From: Elusimicrobiota bacterium
Lineage (GTDB): Bacteria > Elusimicrobiota > Elusimicrobia > UBA1565
Assembly: GCA_043827405.1 (NCBI GenBank)
Contig: JBDRPD010000050.1
Coordinates: 1-64,000, forward strand
Direction of reading: 5' to 3'
DNA length: 64,000 nt
The position numbers were made by a program, and so were the translations under genes. How positions within the stretch are numbered: position 1 is the first letter of the stretch; every line of letters begins with the position of its first letter. The notes beneath the pieces were generated by a model, which was not told where the DNA came from, ran no database searches, and was given only the letters and a program-made list of their open reading frames with translations. Shown here in pieces: positions 57,085 through 64,000 of the stretch.

Positions 57085-59166
57085 ATGCGCGAGAAAACCC
57101 TCCATCTATTCGTCCTATCCGCTCTGGCCTGCGCCCAGCCGCTTTATGACCTGCTGGCGCGTCACGCCGACTTCTTCGTGGCGCGGCGGGCGGGCACGAC
57201 GGACATCCTGATCCTGATTTTCCTGTTGAGCTGCATGCTGCCGGCGGTGTTGGCGCTGATCGCGCTCCTCGCTTCCCGGCTCGACCGCCGCCTGGGAGAG
57301 TGGACGCATAGCGCCGCCGTCGCGGCGCTGGCCGGGCTGCTGGCGCTGCAGATCGGCAAACATCTGGGCGCTTCTTCCTCGCTGCTGCTGTTTCCCGCGG
57401 CGGCGTTGGCCGGCGCCGGCGCCGCCCGGCTCCTGCACAATAACGGAAGAGCCCGCACCTATTTAAGTTTTCTGTCGCCCGCCGTCCTGATTATTCCCGC
57501 GGCGTTCCTGCTCGCTTCCCAGATACGCCCCCTGGTCTTTGGCGGCGGCGGTGCAGCGGCGCCGCTCTCCTCCGGCGGAAAAAAATACCCGAATATTGTC
57601 TTCGTCATCTACGACGCCCTGCCGACGATCACCCTCATGAACGAGCAGCGCCTGATCGACGCCGAGCGCTTCCCCAATTTCGCGCGGCTCGCGAATGATT
57701 CGGTGTGGTTTCGCAACGCCACCACCATCGCGCCCGTAACCTTCCTCTCCGTCCCGGTGGCCGTCTCCGGCATCGTCCACCCGTTCGGCGAGAAGGTCCC
57801 GATCGCCACGCACCATGCGTACCCAAGAAACCTGTTCACCTTCCTCGCCGATTCACACGCCATGAATGCTTGGGAGACCTACAGCATCCTGTGCCCGGAG
57901 AAGCTGTGCGGCGACCCCAGGAACCGGCCGCCGTTCGTCCGCCGCCTGCGCGCCATGCTGACCGATCTATCGATCGTCTACTTACACCTCGTCCTGCCCG
58001 GCGACCTAACGGCCCGCCTGCCGGCCGTCACGCGTACCTGGAAAAACTTCAGCCGCCCGGACGACGACGCACCGGCACAGCGCCCGTCGGACGAGGAACA
58101 GCTGAAGATGGTGCAGGAAAATGAGGCCGGCTGGAAGTACGAAGACCGGCCCCGGGACTTTCTTGCCTTCGTCGACTCCATCCGGCCCGGCCCGCGCCCG
58201 ACGCTGAACTTCCTGCACCACATGCTGCCGCATCCGCCGTGGAACTACCTCGCCTCGGGGAAGTACTACACGGTCCCCGGCGAACAGGTGGTCGAAGGCG
58301 TCCCGACCGACACCGACCGCTGGCCGCAAGACGAGTTTATTGTCCGCCGGGGGTTTCAGCGCCACCTCATGCAGACGATTTATACCGACAAACTGCTGGG
58401 CCGGCTCCTGGACCGCCTGGAGAAAACCGGACTCTATGACGACACCCTGATAGTGGTAACCGCGGACCATGGCGTCAGCTTCCGCGCCGGCGACCTGCGC
58501 CGCGAATGGACGTCCTCCAATGTCGGCGATATCATGGCGGTACCGCTGTTTTTCAAGCTGCCCGGACGGCGCGCCGGCCGCATCAGCGACCGCAACGTGG
58601 AGAATATCGACATCATCGCCACCATCGCCGACGCCATCGGCAAGCCGCTGCCGTGGCCGCGAGGACCGTCAGCGCTTGATGAGAAGAAGCCGGCGCGGCC
58701 GGAGAAGCTTATTCTGATCAAGGGTGCGGCCGTCCGCCGCTACCCGCCGCATTTTCCCGAGATGAACCAGGCGCTCGATCAGCAGGTCCGGCGGTTCGGC
58801 ACCAGCGCGAACCCGGAAGCGCTTTTCCGGGTTGGCCCGCACGGCGGCCTGGTGGGGCGGGCAGTAAGCAAACAGCTGCTCGCGGAGCCCGCACGCGTCG
58901 GCCTCGAGATCGATCAGCGCGACCGGGCCTTTCTGACCGGCCGCATTGTCTTCGGCTCGGAGCGCCCCCGGCTTGTGCACCTCGCTTTCGCTCTCAACGG
59001 CGTAATCCGCGCCGTCACGCGTACCCGGCAGCCCGCAAACGGTGCGGCCGCGCTTTCCGTCCTGCTGCCGGAAGAGCGCTTCCTCCCGGACGGCAATGAG
59101 CTGCAAGTATTCGTTATTTCAGGCGACGCCGGCCGGGAGAAGCTGCGGCCGCTGCGACAGCGCTAG
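57085..59166 (+). CDS. membrane-anchored sulfatase/LTA-synthase-like protein
   Basis: N-terminal TMs; NIVFVIYDAL, LPHPPW, VTADHG. Confidence 0.85.
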   Translation: MREKTLHLFVLSALACAQPLYDLLARHADFFVARRAGTTDILILIFLLSCMLPAVLALIALLASRLDRRLGEWTHSAAVAALAGLLALQIGKHLGASSSLLLFPAAALAGAGAARLLHNNGRARTYLSFLSPAVLIIPAAFLLASQIRPLVFGGGGAAAPLSSGGKKYPNIVFVIYDALPTITLMNEQRLIDAERFPNFARLANDSVWFRNATTIAPVTFLSVPVAVSGIVHPFGEKVPIATHHAYPRNLFTFLADSHAMNAWETYSILCPEKLCGDPRNRPPFVRRLRAMLTDLSIVYLHLVLPGDLTARLPAVTRTWKNFSRPDDDAPAQRPSDEEQLKMVQENEAGWKYEDRPRDFLAFVDSIRPGPRPTLNFLHHMLPHPPWNYLASGKYYTVPGEQVVEGVPTDTDRWPQDEFIVRRGFQRHLMQTIYTDKLLGRLLDRLEKTGLYDDTLIVVTADHGVSFRAGDLRREWTSSNVGDIMAVPLFFKLPGRRAGRISDRNVENIDIIATIADAIGKPLPWPRGPSALDEKKPARPEKLILIKGAAVRRYPPHFPEMNQALDQQVRRFGTSANPEALFRVGPHGGLVGRAVSKQLLAEPARVGLEIDQRDRAFLTGRIVFGSERPRLVHLAFALNGVIRAVTRTRQPANGAAALSVLLPEERFLPDGNELQVFVISGDAGREKLRPLRQR

Positions 59167-61076
59167 ACTTCTTTATCGGGGAAGAAGGCCCTGAAGGGCC
59201 GCAGGAAGTTGATCTTGCCGCGCAGGCGATGCCAGGAAAGCAGGAAGAACAGCGCCGCCACGCTCAGCAGTCCCGCCAGGACGGTGAAGCCGGTCATGGC
59301 GCCCAGCGCGTCGAAGGCCCAGCCCATGCCCAGCAGGCCCAGCATGGAGACCGCCGTCGCCAGGGAGTAAATGAATCCCGTCACCGAACCCGCCTCGTCT
59401 TTTTTCGCCACCGCCTGGAAGTAGGCGGTCAGCCCCAGCTCGCTGCTCATATTGCCGGTCGAGAGCAGAAAAGCTACCGGCGCCGCCACGTAGATCGTCG
59501 GGAAGGCTATCAGCGCCCACGCCGTCAGGCTCATAATCGCGGCGTACTTCAGCCAGCCGAAGGAGGCGCCGGATTTTTTCGCATTCTTCCTAAGATAGAG
59601 CGCGGCCGCCAATTCGCCGGCGTTCCAGGCCATCAGCATCACGGCGGCCAATGCCGGGTTGCCCAGGATCTGGGTGGCGTAGACCACGGCCAAAAGCGCA
59701 TGAAACAGCTTATGCAGCATGATGATGGGGATATTGACCATGGTCCCCAAACGCAGAGTCGGGTTGTTCCAGACAATGCGCGCGCCGCGGAATATATCCC
59801 CGATGGCGGGCTTCTCTTCTTTCTTCTCCGGCGCGGCCCGCACGGACCCCCCGGCCGACCGCCGGATATTCAGGGCGAGCCGGATGAGAAAGTAAACAAC
59901 CAGGGCGTAGGAAGCGGGGTGCAGAACCAGCGTCCCGAGAGCTCCCAGCTTATTGAGCAGCAGCCCGGCCGCGCCCACGGCGGCGACGGATAGTATCTCG
60001 CGGAAGATATAGAGCTGGCCGTTATGCTCGCGCAAAACCCCCTCATGGCGGCCGAGGATCAGCGGCATGGCGGCCCGGCGCGCGGTGTCAAAGACGCCGC
60101 CGAATATGCCGTTGATGGTAAAGAGGGCGAACAGCACCGGCACGCCGACGGGGACGCCCAGCGCCAGGGCCAGCGGAATCACCCCGATCGCCATCATCTG
60201 CATGACCGCGGAGCTCGCCAGCACGCGCGACGGGCCGTAGCGGTCGATCGAGGGACCCGCGATCCAGCCGGCAACCATGCCCCCGATCTCCGCCGAGATA
60301 AACAGGGCGCCGACCAAAGTCGCCGCGCCGAACTGGGTCAGCAGCAGCACCGGCACCACCAGGTTCATCGTCTCCACGCCGACCTTGGTTATCGATACCG
60401 CCGCCGCGTAGTAGCGGAAATTCTTCTTCTGTACCGGGGTAAGCTCCGGCGCCGGGACGTCGGCGGCGATTTCGCTCAGCTCGAAACTCTGCGCTGCGCC
60501 GTGATCACAGCAGGAGCTGAAATGCTTAAGGCCGAATACGGAACGCAGGCTTCGTCCCAGCCCCGCCAGCCGCTGCCGGCCGACCGGTACGGGCGCGGCG
60601 ACGGACAGGCCGCGCGCGCTCCGGCCGGTAAGGATATGCTCCAGGCTCCGTCCGGCCGCATAGACGCCGCCGGCCGAGGTCTCCTGCGCCCGGACCTCGG
60701 CGAGGAGCGGCGCCGCTTCCTTGGAAAGCTTCTGCGCCCGCGCCTGAACGGTCTTGGCGGCCGCCGGCTGATTAGGGCGGACCTCCTCCGCCGGGGCGAC
60801 CTGAGGGGAAATCTTGACCGAAGCGCCGGCGACGGCATTCGCAGCGGAAAGGGAATTTACGGTCGGCAGCGCGGAGCCCAGGGAAAGCGTCGCTCCGGTC
60901 TTGAACAGACCGTTGTTAAGCGCCAACGGGGCCGACGGGACCGCAACGCCGGGGACGCCCGCGGCGGTGCCCGCGATCTTGACCTTGACCGCGACAGCGG
61001 CGGCGGCATCGCGCACCGGCATTCCCGCAAGCAGGAGCGCCAAGCACGCGGCCAGCAAACGCCTAGCCGTTCTCAT
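59163..61076 (-). CDS. MFS transporter with signal peptide and long N-terminal extension
   Basis: Signal peptide, ~200 aa low-complexity region, then MFS core (GPSIDRYG). Confidence 0.75.
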   Translation of the reverse strand: MRTARRLLAACLALLLAGMPVRDAAAAVAVKVKIAGTAAGVPGVAVPSAPLALNNGLFKTGATLSLGSALPTVNSLSAANAVAGASVKISPQVAPAEEVRPNQPAAAKTVQARAQKLSKEAAPLLAEVRAQETSAGGVYAAGRSLEHILTGRSARGLSVAAPVPVGRQRLAGLGRSLRSVFGLKHFSSCCDHGAAQSFELSEIAADVPAPELTPVQKKNFRYYAAAVSITKVGVETMNLVVPVLLLTQFGAATLVGALFISAEIGGMVAGWIAGPSIDRYGPSRVLASSAVMQMMAIGVIPLALALGVPVGVPVLFALFTINGIFGGVFDTARRAAMPLILGRHEGVLREHNGQLYIFREILSVAAVGAAGLLLNKLGALGTLVLHPASYALVVYFLIRLALNIRRSAGGSVRAAPEKKEEKPAIGDIFRGARIVWNNPTLRLGTMVNIPIIMLHKLFHALLAVVYATQILGNPALAAVMLMAWNAGELAAALYLRKNAKKSGASFGWLKYAAIMSLTAWALIAFPTIYVAAPVAFLLSTGNMSSELGLTAYFQAVAKKDEAGSVTGFIYSLATAVSMLGLLGMGWAFDALGAMTGFTVLAGLLSVAALFFLLSWHRLRGKINFLRPFRAFFPDKEV

Positions 61077-61259
61077 ATTTTTAGTATAGGCGTGAAGCTC
61101 CGGGAGGTAATGATGCGTAAGGCCCAAACAGGCCTCATCTTTCGACCCAGAAGGTTTTACCCAATGGGCATATAACGCGAAACCAAGCGAAACCAAGCCT
61201 TGACACGGCTTTCCGACGGGATTATTCTAACTATGAAGCCTAATCCGGGAGGCCGTACC

Positions 61260-62447
61260 ATGCGATTTTCCTTTAAAGCTCTGGCCGCATTCGCCTGTCT
61301 CGCCGTCCTAACCTTCCCCGCCGCCGCCAAGGAGGCGAAGGAGACGGACGTGGACGAGGTCCCCAAGTTCGACGCCGCCCCCCGGCCGGACGACGTCGCG
61401 GTGATCATCGGGATCGAGAAATACCGCGATCTGCAGTCCTCCGAGTATTCCGCCCGCGACGCCGAACTGTTCAGGGACTACCTGCTGGCGCTCGGCTATG
61501 CGCCGCGCAATATCTCCCTGCACCTGAACGAGCGGGCCACCCGCGCCGATCTGCGCAAGGCCTTCCTGCGCTGGCTGCCCAATCAGGTCAAGCCGCACAG
61601 CAAGGTGGTCGTCTATTATTCGGGCCACGGCGCCCCGGACCCTATTTCGGGCGAGGCCTACCTGGTCCCCCACGACGGTGATCCCAACTACCTTGAAGAT
61701 ACCGCCTATCCCATGAAGCAGCTTTTCGAGAACCTCAGCACCATGAAATCCGGCGAGGTGATGGTGCTTATGGACTCCTGCTTCTCGGGCGCCGGCGGAC
61801 GCTCGGTCCTGGCCAAAGGAGCGCGCCCCCTGGTCTTGAACGTTTCGCCCCTGGAGCAGCTGAGCTCCAAGATCGCGGTCATGACCGCGTCGCAGGCCAA
61901 GCAGATATCCAGCTCGTCCAAGGACCTGCGCCACGGCATCTTCACCTATCACCTGCTCAAGGCCCTGCGCTTGGGCAAGAAGTCTTTCGCCGCGATCTAC
62001 GAGCATGTCAAGCCGCTGGTGGAAAACGACGCCAAGTCGATCAATATCGAGCAGAGCCCGAACCTCACCCCAGCCATGGAGAGCGGCGAGACGCGCTTCC
62101 TGCTCGCCGACTTCACCCGGATCATCATCCCGGAAAAGCCCAAGCCCGAAATGTCGGTCAAGGATCAGAAGACCTTGGAGGCCGAGCGCGAAAAAATGCG
62201 CAAAGAGATGGAGCAGCTGAGAAAAAAGCAGCAGCTTCTGCAGGAAGAGGCCGAGCGCAAGGAGAAGGAGCGGCAGGAGGCGGCCGACCGGCGCGAAAGA
62301 GAGCGGCAGAAAGAGCTCAAGCGGCAGCGGGAAGAGATGGATCGGGAGAACCAGGAGCGGGAAAGGAAGCTTAAAGCCGAGGAGAAGCGGCTCGAGAAGC
62401 TGCGGCGGAAAAAGCAGAATATCAGGAACCTGCCGCCGCCTCCGTAA
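61260..62447 (+). CDS. secreted caspase-family (C14) protein with coiled-coil tail
   Basis: AVIIGIEKY, YYSGHG, MDSCFSG, HGIFTYHLLKAL; promoter TTGACA-N17-TATTCT at 61200-61228. Confidence 0.9.
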   Translation: MRFSFKALAAFACLAVLTFPAAAKEAKETDVDEVPKFDAAPRPDDVAVIIGIEKYRDLQSSEYSARDAELFRDYLLALGYAPRNISLHLNERATRADLRKAFLRWLPNQVKPHSKVVVYYSGHGAPDPISGEAYLVPHDGDPNYLEDTAYPMKQLFENLSTMKSGEVMVLMDSCFSGAGGRSVLAKGARPLVLNVSPLEQLSSKIAVMTASQAKQISSSSKDLRHGIFTYHLLKALRLGKKSFAAIYEHVKPLVENDAKSINIEQSPNLTPAMESGETRFLLADFTRIIIPEKPKPEMSVKDQKTLEAEREKMRKEMEQLRKKQQLLQEEAERKEKERQEAADRRERERQKELKRQREEMDRENQERERKLKAEEKRLEKLRRKKQNIRNLPPPP

Positions 62448-62467
62448 GCGCGAAAACCACTTAAACA

Positions 62468-62497
62468 AAGAAGCGCCCCCGCTTGGGGGCGCTTCTT
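62468..62497. terminator. bidirectional terminator between convergent genes
   Basis: AAGAAGCGCCCCC-GCTT-GGGGGCGCTTCTT. Confidence 0.85.
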
Positions 62498-62517
62498 ATT
62501 GAGTCGTCTGACGCCGC

Positions 62518-63378
62518 TTAGTAGCGCAGGGTGATGCCGAAGTCCGGGCCGTGAACGACGGTCAAGTTATAGCCGTCCTTCAACGGGCCGGCCGGCTTCA
62601 CGTAAGCGCGATAGCGCATATTGAACGCGAAGTGCTGGCCATAGGCGAACTCATAGCCCGAATTGATGTCCCAGGCCACCGCGCCGCCTTTGATCAGATA
62701 CGCCGTTTGGTCGGTGGCGTTGGTGATGTTGGAGCGGTAACTGCCCATGCCGAAGGTCGTATTGCCGAAGAAGCGATGCATGCCGCTGTCGGTGATGGGC
62801 GCGAAGAACCCGGCGCCGACTTCCCATAACACAATGGTAGTCTTCTTGCGCCGCGACGTACTCCTGGTCGCCGTCCAGGTATAGCCGGCGGTCTCAAGCT
62901 TAAGATCGTCGATAAAGCTGTTGACGCGCAAGCCGGTGAAAAAGTTCACCGTCTTGCCTTCCGGGCGATAGCGGATCAAAGTCTCCACGTCGGTCCGTTT
63001 CGCTTCGTAGTTCCCCAGCACCGTTGTACCGGCGCCGGCGCCCTCTTTTACGTTGTTGCTGTTGCTGACGAAACGCCCTTTCCCGTTGCCGCCGTAAAAA
63101 TTAAAGAGGAAGTCGAGCGGCACCGTCCCCGGCGTCATAACGATCGCGACACCGACGAGAGGGATATTGATCTGCTGCCGTGCCTGCACGTAGCTGGTGA
63201 CTACGCCGGTATTCCGGTTCAGCGTCGTAAAGTAGGAGGTATTGTAGTCGTTGAAGTTTTCCACCGACGCCCATAGCTTGGGGGTCACGGAAATACTGAA
63301 CTGGTCGCCCGCCTGAGCGCGCGGAGCGAACACGGAACCCACGAACAGCACCATCATAATCAGTACTAGTTTACGCAT
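62518..63378 (-). CDS. putative outer-membrane beta-barrel protein
   Basis: Signal peptide, alternating beta strands, C-terminal FGITLRY. Confidence 0.7.
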   Translation of the reverse strand: MRKLVLIMMVLFVGSVFAPRAQAGDQFSISVTPKLWASVENFNDYNTSYFTTLNRNTGVVTSYVQARQQINIPLVGVAIVMTPGTVPLDFLFNFYGGNGKGRFVSNSNNVKEGAGAGTTVLGNYEAKRTDVETLIRYRPEGKTVNFFTGLRVNSFIDDLKLETAGYTWTATRSTSRRKKTTIVLWEVGAGFFAPITDSGMHRFFGNTTFGMGSYRSNITNATDQTAYLIKGGAVAWDINSGYEFAYGQHFAFNMRYRAYVKPAGPLKDGYNLTVVHGPDFGITLRY

Positions 63379-63427
63379 TGTTTCACCTCTAATAAGAACC
63401 TTCGAATTAGCCGGATATAACTATAAC

Positions 63428-64000
63428 TTATAACAGCCCGCATACAACCAAAATCGCCGCCAGCACCCCGACCAAGCCCTCGCCCGCGATGCCCCCGGCG
63501 CCGATCGACGCCGCGTACTTCTCGTTCCAGGCCGGGTTCTTCTTTTCGATGATCACGTAGACGACCGCCCCGGCGAGGATCGCCACCGAATAGATGGCCG
63601 GAACCACCATGGCCACCCCGAGCCCGACGGCAGAGGGCATATAGCGGCGCCACTCGGGCTTCAGCTCCTCGAGCACGGCGAGCACCAGGCCGATCACCAC
63701 GCCGACGATCAGGGCCTCAACGGCGTAGGACGGCAAAGTCTTCACCCCGCCCGAGACCATCTGCGCCAGGCCCGCCCAGGTGATGGCGGCCGGCGCCGGA
63801 AGCTTTTCCGAGCCGATGCCGTAGGCCTTGATCAGGACCAAAAATATCGGAACCGCGAAGACGGCGCCGACGAGCACCCCGAGCAGCTGCATATAGGTCT
63901 GCTTCTTGGGCGTGGCGCCCAGGATATAGCCGGTCTTCAGGTCCTGCATCATATCCGCCGATTCGCTGGCGCCCGCCGCGGTCACGCCGCCGGTCAGCAA
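63428..64000 (-). CDS. OPT/YSL family transporter, 3' part
   Basis: DMMQDLKTG, PAPAA, GGIAGEGL. Confidence 0.88.
   Translation of the reverse strand: MLTGGVTAAGASESADMMQDLKTGYILGATPKKQTYMQLLGVLVGAVFAVPIFLVLIKAYGIGSEKLPAPAAITWAGLAQMVSGGVKTLPSYAVEALIVGVVIGLVLAVLEELKPEWRRYMPSAVGLGVAMVVPAIYSVAILAGAVVYVIIEKKNPAWNEKYAASIGAGGIAGEGLVGVLAAILVVCGLL

Overview
A GC-rich bacterial window; the gene repertoire suggests Elusimicrobiota, but that is an unverified impression. (1) Positions ~350-6940 are a visibly AT-richer accessory region. It holds an integrase-less integron cassette array with five attC sites and four complete cassettes (PD-(D/E)XK-like nuclease, erythromycin esterase family, BrnT/BrnA toxin-antitoxin, M1-type metallopeptidase). 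A chimeric ORF and an MNT-HEPN pair with a nonsense-mutated HEPN gene follow, and the region ends at an orphan 5' half of tRNA-Thr(UGU). (2) Positions 14.4-25.3 kb are an N-heterocycle catabolic cluster (DUF2877/FdrA/DUF1116, cyclase, xanthine-dehydrogenase-family trio, PreA, amidase). (3) Core genes include an MlaE/ABC/MlaD-type transporter, acyl-CoA dehydrogenase, carAB, patatin, a Gre factor, cytosine deaminase, mgtE, a Memo-like protein and two OPT transporters. (4) A ~3 kb islet (htpX, DUF502, Ca/Na antiporter) is bracketed by duplicated tRNA-Gly 3' fragments and tRNA-Ser promoter/5' sequence, and two 51-bp hairpin units sit directly in front of tRNA-Ser(CGA). The most unusual signals are: a secreted three-core CV(W/M)PxxC peptide precursor (55031-55294); a paired-palindrome motif at a fixed distance upstream of four exported-protein genes; pervasive leaderless promoters; and an HTH plus catalytically dead LAGLIDADG protein. 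All family calls come from reading motifs by eye, not from database searches.
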